Source: Trypanosoma brucei
Lineage: Eukaryota
Length of the DNA: 64,000 nucleotides
NCBI GenBank assembly: GCA_000002445.1
Contig: CP000070.1
Coordinates: 128,001 to 192,000, forward strand
Reading direction: 5' to 3'
The position numbers and the translations under genes were made by a program. Below are positions 1 through 11,273 of the stretch, piece by piece (position 1 is the first letter of the stretch; each line of letters begins with the position of its first letter). The notes under the pieces were generated by a model. It saw only the letters and a list, made by a program, of their open reading frames with translations. It was not told the DNA's origin and did no database searches.

Positions 1-1247
1 ATCCTCCCATTGACGAAGTTGCTATTTGGCTGAGCTCCTCGTTTAGGGAGAGCACAACATTCGGACCTACTGAAGCGTGTGGATCCGTGAAAAGTTGCTG
101 CAGGGAAGGTGAAGAGGACGGGTTTGGAGTGATGGGGACGATATCACGGGCAATGCGGCACGTTGGACTCCTCTCCCACATATCCCATAGCTGTGCGGGC
201 CCCTTTCGCGAGAGGTCATCATTTAAATGACCTTTCATGCCACTCCCATCATAGCGAAGCAGTGAAGGCACTTCAAGAAGCCATGCGCGGGTCTTCGTGC
301 CGCTCGCAAGTAACATTTGCACCAACTGCAATAATACCGTAAAAGAACTAACGGAAAGACAACGAATAGAATGTAAGAGCCACAAACTCAGCAGTCCCAC
401 TTCCTCCTCAAAGGAAATGGAGAGGGTGGGACCTGCAACGCAGCCTTTCGTTGCATTCAATCCTGACCGTAAGAACATTGCGCACAGGGCACGAAGAAGT
501 ACACAGAGTATCGACGAGTACTCCAAGCACTCTTGTGGTCGAATAATGTGAAGTTGCTCCGTCTTGGAGCCAGGCCTAAGTGTGAAGAAGTGTAGAAGCC
601 CAACCGCTTCACGAAGCCACGCCTCCAGTTGCTGCGCATGGCACGGGGTCTCGTGTGAAGCACACCAAAGGAACAAAACCTCGTCGAAATCGCATTGGTG
701 GTTGTCGGCACCCGGCGCGGCATTTCCGGGGGATGTGGAAAGGCAGTCACGGCACTTTTTCTCGGTGGTTCCACAGAAATCCCTTTTGCCCTCTGAAAAA
801 ACACCGTCATTTCCCTCACAAATATTTATGGATGATGCATCCGTTAAAATTCCTGTTGGTGACGTGAGGAGGTTCTTTAGTTGGGCCACACGAACCCCAT
901 CCACAAAACACTCAGCGATCACTTGCCGTACCTCCTGCGGTAGTGGAACAGTACAAGCCACAGCAGCTGCAGCAGCGGAGGTATGTGAATTTACCATCTT
1001 GTGCTCGTTATTCACAACACCAAGGGGCCCTTCCGTGAATATCTGCGGAGTGTTTCGCGATCTCAAAGAGACGAAGAAGTTTAACCAATGATTCAATAGT
1101 GGTGGTCGTCCTACATCCCACGATAGTCGCTGAAGTTGAGCCAACGAAGACATCCAGATACTGGAAGCACCGGCCGAACCACTCATCCTTAATATGCGCG
1201 TCCGTGTACAACAAAAGTTGCTTAGCCTTCAAGTATTCAGCTTCCAT
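1..1247 (-). CDS. Hypothetical protein, partial, with an apparent frame interruption. An ATG at 1247 opens an 80-codon frame that stops at 1008. A second minus-strand frame is open from 1228 to position 1 and continues off the window; the ORF track misses it because it has no stop in the window
   Basis: Manual translation of the minus strand. MEAEYLKAKQLL... begins at the ATG at 1247-1245, directly downstream of a polyY tract plus AG (1261-1297). The stop is at 1010-1008. In the other frame there are no TTA/CTA/TCA triplets on the plus strand from 2 to 1228, with in-frame ATGs at 1186, 1153 and 997. Confidence 0.45.
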
Positions 1248-1260
1248 ACCTGTCACACGG

Positions 1261-1297
1261 GTAAGAGGAATAGCAAAAAAAAAAAAGGGAATACTTC
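1261..1297 (-). promoter_or_regulatory. Polypyrimidine tract (minus strand) plus downstream AG; a putative trans-splice acceptor signal for the gene starting at 1247
   Basis: The plus strand is purine-rich: gtaagaggaatagcaaaaaaaaaaaagggaatacttcc. Confidence 0.5.
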
Positions 1298-1644
1298 CCA
1301 TGGTTGCATGGATCAAGCAACAACATAATAATAGCACCCGTGCACCAACTTGTTGGCGCGCATGGTGTGAAAGAAGGCGGAACAAATGCACGTGTGTGTA
1401 CTTGTGCGCGTGGTATGTTGGGCATTTTCACGCACTAAACATTGTCAGCTTCCCGGAGCATATAACACAAATCACACACCTACAACGAAAATGGCCCGAA
1501 AAAAAAATATATGTATTTGTAGAATTATTGAAGTCGATAGCCCCACAACACTTGCCATATATTGCTTCAGAAACCAATATACGCTAGCAATGATGTATTC
1601 ATACAAACCACAACACACAAACATGTATACGTAATATACGAGCG

Positions 1645-2397
1645 CTACACTTGATACTTAGATTTGGGGCGGGTCCGTTGCCCCTTCCGCTTCTCTCCAG
1701 TATTCTTCACAGCACTCACCAACTGACCACTGAGTGTAGGATCCACCACATCACCCCTCTTTGTCTTGCTGCTTTTCAATTCCGGTAACATACCCACGCG
1801 TATCATCTTTGCAAAAGGAAGGTTAGCCACCGCGGCTAATTTGTACCGACGGAAGCGGAAGCGCTTAATAATTCTGTGCTTCTTCATTTGGAACCGCCGA
1901 GCCAACCATCGTGACGAGGGATATGGATAATTGCGGGGTCCAAAAGTCACCTGGCCATAAAATTTAGCGGCCCATCGAGCACTGAGTTCGTCCAACTGAT
2001 CGCCGTATGCAACCGAATCAACTTCTACATTTGTTTGCTGCTTCAGTTGTTTCCGTTCGCCTTCCTTTACGCTTCTCGTACCCGTATCGTTGCGGGTGCC
2101 ACTAGCAAAGTAAAAGTGACGAGGTCGGTGGGAAACATCAGCACTGGCAATCATGTGGTGACGAAATGAAGCCGTCGCATGATGCTCGTTGAAAGAAGCG
2201 GCAGTTGGTTTCCGATCAATATAACTCCCTCGTAGCGGTGGCGGCAATGGAAATATAACTGCCGGCGCCATCTGCGTTGTAGCACACCTCAGCTCTTGTG
2301 TTTCTTGGCATGTCGCTTGCATGGAGGTAGTGGTGGAGCCAAGTGCAGCAATCCCAAGTTTGGGTATGCGTGAGCACGCAACGCAGCCTGCGCGCAT
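1645..2397 (-). CDS. Hypothetical basic (Arg/Lys-rich) protein, 250 aa; possibly an organellar ribosomal-type or RNA-binding protein
   Basis: Complete ORF with an ATG start (verified, rc of cat at 2395-2397). Basic composition (RFRFRRYK..., KRKGQRTRPKSK). Same strand as all neighbouring genes. Confidence 0.55.
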   Translation of the reverse strand: MRAGCVACSRIPKLGIAALGSTTTSMQATCQETQELRCATTQMAPAVIFPLPPPLRGSYIDRKPTAASFNEHHATASFRHHMIASADVSHRPRHFYFASGTRNDTGTRSVKEGERKQLKQQTNVEVDSVAYGDQLDELSARWAAKFYGQVTFGPRNYPYPSSRWLARRFQMKKHRIIKRFRFRRYKLAAVANLPFAKMIRVGMLPELKSSKTKRGDVVDPTLSGQLVSAVKNTGEKRKGQRTRPKSKYQV

Positions 2398-4045
2398 GTG
2401 AATATTTCCGACGAGGTAAGCTAGAAAATTGGAAGCGGTAAAGGAAAATAAAAACAGAGAGACAATTTAAAAATAAAAGGAAGCACTGGCAGAACAAAAC
2501 AGGAGATGCACGCACGTGAAGCTGAGCAGACACACTCGCGGTGACGTCGGAAGCAGGAGGCGACTTCCCCACAAAGCAGTTGTGCGAATATGCTGAATAA
2601 CATGCGTTAACGAATAGGTTACCGAAAAAAGGACAAAGAACCTACCAAACTTGTTTGTTTCACTTCATTTCTTCAAATTACAACTCTTTTGCTCCTCTCT
2701 TCGCCCCGTCACGGTCCCTCACCTCCTTTCCATTACAGCAACCTCCTTATTTTAGTGGAGTTCCTTTCGTTGATGGCAGTTTCCGCTGATTCCACGTATA
2801 ACACACAACAAAACATTTAACGACCGTTAAGCGCAGGCCCCCCTCCACAAAGCAGGGGCTTGCATGAGAATCCTCACCCATCGGCAACGATGGTCCTTTT
2901 TTTTTTTTGATAATAAATTGTGTTAACATAGGCAAGCAAAACCTTCCGTTGGTCAGAGGAGAGGGAATAAAGGGGAGGCAAAAATAGAATGTGGGAAAGG
3001 GAGTATAAATATGAATGAACGTAAACATCCATGCATACATAATTAAACGAATACATGCTGTAGCGGAATACCAAAGGAAACAAAAAAGCCGCCGCATCCC
3101 CGGCACTGTTCTCTACTTTTAAGCATATAAAATTTAGGGAAACTCGATGCATGAGGATTTCAGTGACAACCCCCTAACGGGATAAGCAAGTGAGCAGAAT
3201 ATATAACAAGCCACTCTGCACGCCAGCACAAAGGTGTAAAAAGCACTGCTCCAATACTCATAGTTACAGAGATAAAATAAAAATAACACGAGCCTCCACC
3301 GCACCACCTTTCCCGGGTCAAAGTCGCGGATACGCTCTTCTATTGCTATTCTTTTTTTTTCTTTACCACCTTTCCCTGGTTGATATCGTAGGTCCACTGA
3401 TAATAAAGCTCTTCGCACTCCAGTACGCATCAGAGCCAAACATCCCTCTACTTCACCATTTCCTGTCGTCTTCCAACCTCATCTCAATAAACACACATGT
3501 GCACTCAGTTCACTAATCAACATTTCGGTGGATGCTTATTGAAATATTCGGATCATAACCACGCCATCGCAGCTCTCAGTCTTACTCCCTTCTTCACACC
3601 TTTTTCTGTTCTACATGAAGAAAACTGCAGGAAAATTGAGTACTATGTTGCTTCCACTTCTGACAATTTCATTTCTTCAGTTCCCCTATCACTTTGTTTC
3701 CCCTTCTCATCATTACTTCCTGTTTATCTCCGCAAAGGTATGAATTTTTGTGTGTATTTGCGTTTGCCCCTTTTGTCGCCATCCCGTTACGATTGAGTTT
3801 TTCCTCTTATCCTTATACTAACGCTATGAGAAAGTAACTGTCATTCATTGCTGACAGGATTGCACGACATTACACTACCTTCCTTTGTCATCCTCATCCT
3901 CGCCGTTCCTCCCCCCCCCCAACACTTTAAAGTAAACACCTGAGCTAAAGGGGGAAATAAATTACTCCAAAAATGCCCTACAGGAACTGAAAACAAAACA
4001 AAATACCACAGCTGTAGAGGAGGGGCTGACAAACGGAGTGTAGAG

Positions 4046-5050
4046 CTAAAGTAGAAATAGGAGCACAGCCAACAGAAAAACAAGCCCCTGCATAATGCTC
4101 GTGAAATTTCCACTAAAAAAGACAGCCCAATTTCCGGCCATTGTCTCCGTAGTTTTCTTCACATTTAATTGATCAAGCTGCCCACTCCCATGCTTTCCAC
4201 CAGACACATCGTGTCCTGCCAACTGCTGAGCCTTCGTGGCGAGAGCCTCTGGTGAAGCGGCACTCCAATTAACTTGTGGAAACACGCCTTCTAAGGCTTC
4301 GAGGACCGGTGATACAACGGGTTGAAGGTGATGGGCGGCCCAAACCACGCACGACACACAGAAACCAAAAATCAGTTTGGGAATGTGCAGCACATGCGCC
4401 TCAATATTCTTCAATCCCTGTCGTGCAGGAGGATTGAGCCAACTGCGGAAAAGCAAATAAGCCTGCACGACAAGTGAGATGCCGATACCCCACAGATAGA
4501 AATACAGAAATTTGTACAGTGATGTCCACAGGCGGCTGAGTCGCAAGTGGCGTTGGGCAAAACCGGGCGACGTGCACTTTATAGCTAATGTGTCCCGAAA
4601 CCTGTGCTCGCAGTTGATGTCTCCCATAAGATCCCCCGGCTCCTTTGCAGCCCCTCCGTTGGGGTCGCCTGTCCTACTGGCCGAAACTTTCTCCGCTGCA
4701 AGTTGGGCCACCTCCTCCTTTACGCGGGCCTGCCACAATTTTTTTTCCTCCGCAACGAACTCCTTAAGTCTCGAATTCGCACGCCAGTGTAACGGATAAC
4801 CGTCTTCCAGTACGTTTACCGCAGATGTGTCGTTAGTGAAGTAGTTGCTGCTACTTGTGACTCCTAATGTAACTGCAGCCCAACCGCCACGTCTTTTGGA
4901 GCGGTACGCAGGAAAGAATATGACATTGTCAGCATAATCTAAGCCCAAAAAACGGCGACCGATGCGGTAACGTGTGAGGCTCCAGAAGTGCGTTTCCACC
5001 ACACGCTGCATGCCATTGCTGCTGCTGCTGCCTCTCCTCCACCAACCCAT
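4046..5050 (-). CDS. Hypothetical membrane protein (~334 aa) with several hydrophobic helices and a C-terminal transmembrane anchor
   Basis: The ORF-track start at 5107 is GTG; the first in-frame ATG is at 5050 (MGWWRRG...). Hydrophobic segments include LYFYLWGIGISLVVQAYLLF and the C-terminal GLVFLLAVLLFLL. Confidence 0.55.
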   Translation of the reverse strand: MGWWRRGSSSSNGMQRVVETHFWSLTRYRIGRRFLGLDYADNVIFFPAYRSKRRGGWAAVTLGVTSSSNYFTNDTSAVNVLEDGYPLHWRANSRLKEFVAEEKKLWQARVKEEVAQLAAEKVSASRTGDPNGGAAKEPGDLMGDINCEHRFRDTLAIKCTSPGFAQRHLRLSRLWTSLYKFLYFYLWGIGISLVVQAYLLFRSWLNPPARQGLKNIEAHVLHIPKLIFGFCVSCVVWAAHHLQPVVSPVLEALEGVFPQVNWSAASPEALATKAQQLAGHDVSGGKHGSGQLDQLNVKKTTETMAGNWAVFFSGNFTSIMQGLVFLLAVLLFLL

Positions 5051-6014
5051 GTTTGTCGTGCAGTACCTCGTTAGATAACCAACTGCAGACGCAACTGAAG
5101 CACACACCCTATGCGAACAGCAATGTGTTTTTTTTTGTTATTGCAATATATGTGACAAGTGTATGAACTATATATAGATATAGGCGTAGAAGTATGTTGT
5201 GGCTTTCTTGTATGTCAAAGTGCTTAGTTTTTTGCCCTTTTCCTTCCCCTTAGTGAAGGGTCAAGTGGTAATCCTCTTCTTGAGTAACTGCTTTTCACCC
5301 TAATTACAGGGTACGGTAGAAACTTCTACGAAACTCACCGTGATGAGGAGGTTCTGTGACTTAAAAAGAGGTACAATTGACGCTCCCTCCTGTACTTCCC
5401 TTCAAAGTGGTCTCACACTCAAGCCTATTTTCCCTCTTAACTTCCTCCTCAGTAGGGCACGTGAGTCAAAGTGCCGCGCCTGTATGTGTGAATGTACGCT
5501 AAGTTACAGCAAGAATCAGCAGAGGGTACACAGGGGAAGGAGAATGAAAGAAATGAATGAGAGTTGACTTGGGTTGAGCAGGGATCAAACCAAAAGGTTT
5601 CGCATTAAATCGGATACTGGCAAGGTACACATTCACAGATATTCGAAGCTTTTAACAACGCTTCCCTCGGCGGATGAAGTTACTGAGCGAAGTTAAACGT
5701 ACTTTATTTTCATATATTTAAAAAGGAATTAACAACCACACAAAAACACGGACACGGAGGCCAAATTGCACGTCCAAGGTTGTCCGCTGGGGATGGCTTG
5801 GGGACATTTTTCGTCCTCATGCGACTTGGCTTATCATTTGTTCACACCAATCACCGTTACCATTTAGACCGACGAGAAATGAAAGGCGACTTAACAAATC
5901 ACGATAAGGGATCCATCGAAATGGCACGCTTGCACCCACAGACGAGTAGATTTACACAACTGTCGGTAACGGCACATACATACACTGGCTAATATCCAGT
6001 TTGTCAATCACCTG

Positions 6015-8969
6015 CTAACCATCCGCTTTAGCTCGCTTGTAGCGACGAAGTTCGTGTCGCTCCTCATCATCACTCTCATCATCCCCATTCCTGCCATTAT
6101 TCAACAGCTCCGCTACATCGGAACCGATGCCATCATCTTCCTCATCCAAATCATCCTCATCGTCGTCATCGTCAAAGTTGCCGTCCGGAATATCATCAGC
6201 CCCACTTCTCCCACTAGATGTGCTATCACTTTCGCTGTCATCCGCACTTTCTTCATCATCACTGCCATCGGACGGCGCTGCGGCGAGACCTACCTCCTCA
6301 TCACTTCCGGAATCAAAATCTTCCTCACCACTGTGACGGGATTCCATTCCATATGATGAGCCGCGTTCAGACTCAGCGACCATCGCCGTGGTTTGCTCCC
6401 CACGCGCCCGTTTCTTTTTGTGAATAGCATCCCCCTCGTCCTCTTCATCATCCTCAGTTGCATCTTCATCACCCTCCTCCTCCTCATCGCTAACTTCACT
6501 ATTACCCTCCTCTTCGTCATCAGTGCCACTGCTATTGTCGTCAACATCATCCTCCTCGTTTACGTCACCATCGGACAGAACCATTTGATCAAGAGCATCC
6601 AAATCCAGCTCCTCATCACTGTCCATGTCATTATCCTCCTCTTCATTTTCTTTAGAGGCTGCAGCCCCCTTCTTTGCTTTCCTCTTCGACTTTGAAGATG
6701 GTCTGGCTCCTTTCTTTTTATTACCGTCTTTTCGGCTCTTCCTTCTCTTGGAAGACAGTGAATCCACCTTGCGCTCTGTCGTTGCCGTCGAGTACAAGCC
6801 GCCCGAGTACTTTTTCTCCACAAACATTTTGGGAAATATGATGTCGCCGTGAGAGTTTGCAGACACGTTTCGTTCCGACGGGAAAACAGATTTGAAAATA
6901 GAAAGACGTCCATACATAACTGCAATCTGGTCGTACAGGGAAACCATGTTCCTGTACTGATGAAGAAGCGGCGCAACAAAGTCCTTCGGTGGGGATGGTT
7001 GATCGGGTTTAATCCCTTTCGTGGCCCCATCGCTGCTAGAAACAGCCGACTTTTGCTTCAGATCCTGTTGGACCTGATACATTTCAACGCCGCGGTAACG
7101 TATAATGGCATCGATCCATTGAAACAGAGGAGAACAGGGGGACGCTCCGCGCACCCGCTGCCCGAGTAACTGTAACAGTTGTAAACAATAAGGCAGCTGT
7201 AGCGACATTACGGTTGCCCGAATGTCACCACTACTTCGAGAGGCTACAGTGAGAAGTTCCATCACAGCAGATGTATCGTTCGCATGAAGCGCTTGGTAAA
7301 GGGGAACAGTTGCTAATCCCAACGCGTGTTGCTGCTGCTGCTGCCCAGCGGTTGATTCGTTGGATTCGGAGACATGCAGTTGCTTCAGCCGTTGTTCGAG
7401 TGTTAGGCTCTTCTGAGGGAGTTCTGATACGCTTTTCGCGTGATACGAAACTGCGGGAACAAACCCTTCCGTCCCAGCTCTCGTAGCACGCGCCGCCAGC
7501 AAAATTCGACGCTGTTGTTGTTGGTCGTGTGTCGCCCACGCGTTATCCAACGTCTCCAAATCATTGTACGCGACTAGATCGGCAGATGCTTTCGATTGAG
7601 TATCAGAAGGCACAAAATAAACTGCCACCTCCCCGCCACCTGCCACGAGTGCTGTACGCCTTCTTGCCGCTGCACTCCCTTTCAGTTTGACAGCTTTTGA
7701 CATGGCATCACAAAGATCAAGCACTTCGAATTGCGGTACGGCAAAACGCCCACGAAGCAGCAGCAGCGATGAGCAGGCCGACGAGGAACTGCCATCAGCT
7801 GCATTGGCGCCTGGAAGTAGTGAAGCGAAAAGCAGCCGTCCAGACTCGTCCTGCGACGTAAGTTGGAATGTGGGAGGTCTCGGCATTGGCTCAGCGACAG
7901 CGACAAGAAGGGATCGTCCGAGCATCCACACGAGTACGGTACCTGTAAAGGTCGTAACAACCACTAGGGCTCCTCCATCACTCATTCTACCAATATCCCC
8001 CTCACCCTTTGCCCCATTATTAGCAGCACTGGGCAAGTCATTCATACCATCCAGACCCCTGTCGTCACCGCTACTCGCACCCTCCCTTACAGAAATGCCG
8101 ATAATTCTCTGTCCACACATCAAACTCCTCCGGCATCGTGATGTTGCCGTACTACCATCAAGTGATGGGCGAGCGTCCCACACACGTACAGCGCCCTCTT
8201 GCGCATTGGAAGTAATAACAACCGGTTGTTGAGGCGTTCCACCCATCCACGCGATGTCTGTGCGGGAGGTATGCGATGCAAAAGTGATTAGACGATCAAG
8301 GGAGGCAGTTACAGCACTATGCACGCCGCCAACATCACCACTTGTTGCATTGTTCCCAATTCGAAGTCTGTACAAGGCATTTGTTGGTCCTGAAATAAAG
8401 ATACAGAAAACGGACTCGGGTATAAAGTCGTCACGTCCTGCTGAGGTTACCACATCTTCCACCGCCGCGATGGCACTGGCATCGTGTTGAACCCGCAGGT
8501 TAGTCACGATGCGCTCCCCCCGAATGCAGTCCACGACGTGCAGAAGGCGGTCCGCGGTTACGCAAAGCAAAAAATGGCCAGTAAAGGCCGTTGCTACAAC
8601 TGCCTGTTGCGTGTCTGACACACAAAGGTGTCCAACGAGTTCATCTTTCCCAACATTATGCAGAAGTAATGTGCCATTGCTGAGTCCCACCGCCGCAAAA
8701 GTTGTGTAAAGTGTGCAATCAGTTTTCCGTCCCTCCTTACCGCGCTTGCGTGTGGATTGTTGCTGCTCCACCCGCTCGTTTACGATTCCTAACGATAGTG
8801 AGGTTAAGGACACCACAGCAAGCGAGAAACGGTTCTGCGCCGGCACGTTAACAACTGCCGCAAGGTTTCCGGTTGCCACATCAAAAACACGTGCACTTGG
8901 GAAATCCATCCCAACGGCGAGGTACCGCCCCGCTTGTGTGCATCGTATCAACAGCGAGCGCTCCGTCAT
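6015..8969 (-). CDS. Nucleolar WD40-repeat protein with a Utp12-type domain and a long acidic/basic C-terminal tail; a small-subunit processome component of the UTP5/WDR43 type
   Basis: ATG start verified. The N-terminal half is WD-repeat-like. The central segment PLYQALHANDTSAVMELL...LPYCLQLLQLLGQRV...LFQWIDAIIRYRGVEMY fits the Utp12/Dip2 domain pattern. The C-terminal 330 aa is poly-acidic (D/E/S runs) with KKKGARPSSKSKRKAKK basic patches, typical of nucleolar proteins. Confidence 0.6.
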   Translation of the reverse strand: MTERSLLIRCTQAGRYLAVGMDFPSARVFDVATGNLAAVVNVPAQNRFSLAVVSLTSLSLGIVNERVEQQQSTRKRGKEGRKTDCTLYTTFAAVGLSNGTLLLHNVGKDELVGHLCVSDTQQAVVATAFTGHFLLCVTADRLLHVVDCIRGERIVTNLRVQHDASAIAAVEDVVTSAGRDDFIPESVFCIFISGPTNALYRLRIGNNATSGDVGGVHSAVTASLDRLITFASHTSRTDIAWMGGTPQQPVVITSNAQEGAVRVWDARPSLDGSTATSRCRRSLMCGQRIIGISVREGASSGDDRGLDGMNDLPSAANNGAKGEGDIGRMSDGGALVVVTTFTGTVLVWMLGRSLLVAVAEPMPRPPTFQLTSQDESGRLLFASLLPGANAADGSSSSACSSLLLLRGRFAVPQFEVLDLCDAMSKAVKLKGSAAARRRTALVAGGGEVAVYFVPSDTQSKASADLVAYNDLETLDNAWATHDQQQQRRILLAARATRAGTEGFVPAVSYHAKSVSELPQKSLTLEQRLKQLHVSESNESTAGQQQQQHALGLATVPLYQALHANDTSAVMELLTVASRSSGDIRATVMSLQLPYCLQLLQLLGQRVRGASPCSPLFQWIDAIIRYRGVEMYQVQQDLKQKSAVSSSDGATKGIKPDQPSPPKDFVAPLLHQYRNMVSLYDQIAVMYGRLSIFKSVFPSERNVSANSHGDIIFPKMFVEKKYSGGLYSTATTERKVDSLSSKRRKSRKDGNKKKGARPSSKSKRKAKKGAAASKENEEEDNDMDSDEELDLDALDQMVLSDGDVNEEDDVDDNSSGTDDEEEGNSEVSDEEEEGDEDATEDDEEDEGDAIHKKKRARGEQTTAMVAESERGSSYGMESRHSGEEDFDSGSDEEVGLAAAPSDGSDDEESADDSESDSTSSGRSGADDIPDGNFDDDDDEDDLDEEDDGIGSDVAELLNNGRNGDDESDDEERHELRRYKRAKADG

Positions 8970-9639
8970 TTCGTTTGCTGCTGCCTCGTCAACACACCTA
9001 TCTTTTTCTTTGTTTTACGCAGCTGTGTTTTGATCCACTTATATGTTAATTGGCGCTGCGACCTCAGTTACCACTCGGACCCAAGCGTGCGGCCTCTTGC
9101 GTCAAATGTGTGCTTTCCTTCACTTTAATACTTTTGTATTTTCTTTGAATTAGGTTTCGTTTCGCTTGATTATTGCTTACACTTTCAAATTCCCCCCCCT
9201 CACCTTTAATTAAGACCTTTTAACCGCACAAACACGTTATACCTATTTGTTTTCAGACAGAAAGAATAGAAACGCACGAAAGTAATTTAAAGAAAAAATA
9301 GATTAAAAAATGTATGCCGAAAATTGCAAAAATATTTGCACTCTTTGTGTGCATAAACGCAGGGAAAAATTAAGAAGATTATAATAGAACACAGAGTTTT
9401 TCGCTTCGATACTCAGAAACGTGAAGTTTAATCGCTAGTTATGACACGTGAAAGAACGTGTCATAATCCACCCAATACTGTTGTTTTTTTTTAATAACCC
9501 TTCCCTCCTCTTTCTTTCTCTCCTGCTGAAAAGAAAAAGGTCCAGCACGATTACTGTGCAATGAACAGCAGGAGGTGGCTCATCATCAAACAAACATGGA
9601 AGCAGAAACACTCCATTGCGTTGCAGCTAAACACGTACC

Positions 9640-11040
9640 TTACAATAGAAGACCAAACTCGCGCAGCATCACTACAGCAGGGTTGGTAAAACTCATGTCA
9701 TACCAATAGTTCACAGCTGCGATAAGCGGAAGGGGCGCAGAATGTTTTTGATCATGCCGTGAAACTTTAGCAATTTCTTCAGTCGACGCTTCCTCAATCA
9801 CTCGGCTATCCTCAGAATCTGCGTGTTGCGCCACACGGTGCAACCACAAAGCAGGAAGGTACAACACCTCACCAGGTTGCACGTACGCAATGAGTGGATG
9901 CAATTTGTCACGCAGCTCCTCTTTAATGTGCAGCGGGTCATCAACTGCAGCAGGTGTAAGCTCCACATCCATCCACGGCACCGACGTTCCGTCACGCGTG
10001 GGACTATCAGAAAATATGTATTCCTCTTCACCTTCTTTACAATTCGCTGCGGCTTTGAGGGTAAATGCTGCCGCTGGAAGTTCCGGCTTGGGCACAAACA
10101 CGCCTTCCCATGGAGGAACTAATATGAACTCCTTCACACCGCGCACAACCGCGTAAAGGTTCTCTACCCAGTCTTGATGCATTGATGAGACGGAGGCGGG
10201 TGTGCCAAGCCAAATATTAGCGGCCTCACGTTTACCTCCAAATACCCGAGTACCAAAGCGGTCCAATGCGGTGTCGATATCAGCATGGAGATGTTGGTAC
10301 TCCTCCGCAAGACAATTATTTTGCATTTGTGCGTATGCGATCGAACGTTGCGGCCGACGGAGGTCGACAAACTGGGATTTCAATGGAGGGACAAGTGGAT
10401 TTGCACGCAGCAGTCTGTACAACTCAGGCAGCGTCACTCGTAGCTCTGCGGCACTCATGAACAGCTTTTCGGTTACTACGAAGTCACTTTTACCTTCAAG
10501 TTTATCATGTACCTGTGACTCATTCTTTACAGCGTTGTACGTTACATATGTTACGGCGTCAGCCCGACCGTTAGGCGTCAATGCAACCGTCACGCGCCGA
10601 GGTCCCAACGTCCCTTGTGATTCCGCTTCATTATTACTGGTGCCATTCTTACTGTCCTCTGCATCCGATTCCGTCACAATCTCTTCATCCTCATGGAAGC
10701 TATCATTTTCATTAATTTCTCCATTCCCTTTACTGGTTCTTTCCTTCTCATACACCATGGGAAGTTTTTCATCCAGATCAAACAAATATCGGTCGTCCCG
10801 CCACCGCTGCAACGCCGGCCAATCACACAGCGCCCCCACAATGATGCATGGGCGGGAGTGAAACACAAACTCTCGCATAAACTCCTGTTCGGTTAACATT
10901 CTGAACTTTTCCTCGTCGCACGCGTTCCCACGACTGAGGCCATCGACACGTATTCTTTCGATGTTAAACTGCTGAAGCGCCTTTGAGGTCTCTGCGAAGG
11001 CTTCTGCAACTGTCAGCGTCTGCGCCTTTTCATTTGGCAT
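9640..11040 (-). CDS. JmjC-domain (cupin) protein, JMJD7/JmjC-hydroxylase-like, with an acidic insertion
   Basis: ATG verified. JmjC Fe(II)-binding signature ...WLGTPASVSSMHQDWVENLYAVVRGVKEFILVPP... (HxD), followed by ...VQPGEVLYLPALWLHRV (second His). Confidence 0.7.
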   Translation of the reverse strand: MPNEKAQTLTVAEAFAETSKALQQFNIERIRVDGLSRGNACDEEKFRMLTEQEFMREFVFHSRPCIIVGALCDWPALQRWRDDRYLFDLDEKLPMVYEKERTSKGNGEINENDSFHEDEEIVTESDAEDSKNGTSNNEAESQGTLGPRRVTVALTPNGRADAVTYVTYNAVKNESQVHDKLEGKSDFVVTEKLFMSAAELRVTLPELYRLLRANPLVPPLKSQFVDLRRPQRSIAYAQMQNNCLAEEYQHLHADIDTALDRFGTRVFGGKREAANIWLGTPASVSSMHQDWVENLYAVVRGVKEFILVPPWEGVFVPKPELPAAAFTLKAAANCKEGEEEYIFSDSPTRDGTSVPWMDVELTPAAVDDPLHIKEELRDKLHPLIAYVQPGEVLYLPALWLHRVAQHADSEDSRVIEEASTEEIAKVSRHDQKHSAPLPLIAAVNYWYDMSFTNPAVVMLREFGLLL

Positions 11041-11249
11041 CGCATGAACTTCCTGCAGTTTTTGGTTTTTTTTTCTTTTTTATGGTTCCTGTTTTAAGTC
11101 TCCTCTTTTTGTTTTATGCGGCGGTGGGTTTTAGGAGGCAAAACGAAGGTTACGTGCGTTTGCGACATGTGGGATAACAGAGAAGAAATAAAACACAGTG
11201 TTAAAATGGAAATAGATAAAGAGATAAATACATACATACATAAATAAAC

Positions 11250-11273
11250 ATATATATATATATATATATATAT
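11250..11273. repeat. (TA)12 microsatellite
   Basis: Read directly from the sequence. Confidence 0.9.

Noticed and set aside
1099-1587. 162-aa plus-strand ORF between the first two minus-strand genes
   Set aside because: It spans the polyY tract and splice site and overlaps the 5' end of the minus-strand gene. It is on the opposite strand to the transcription unit and has no domain signal.
2747-3439. Small ORFs in intergenic low-complexity DNA (2747-3106, 3134-3439, 11273-11566, 11476-11865, 19588-20413, 20956-21240)
   Set aside because: They are translations of poly-T, poly-A or microsatellite tracts (FFFF and LLLL runs) with no start context. These are typical intergenic artefacts.
7687-8232. 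Plus-strand ORFs antisense to long minus-strand genes (for example 7687-8232, 10202-10861, 35145-35669, 37320-37763)
   Set aside because: They lie entirely inside stronger, homology-supported minus-strand CDSs, are Ser/Arg-rich with random-looking composition, and are on the non-coding strand of the polycistron.
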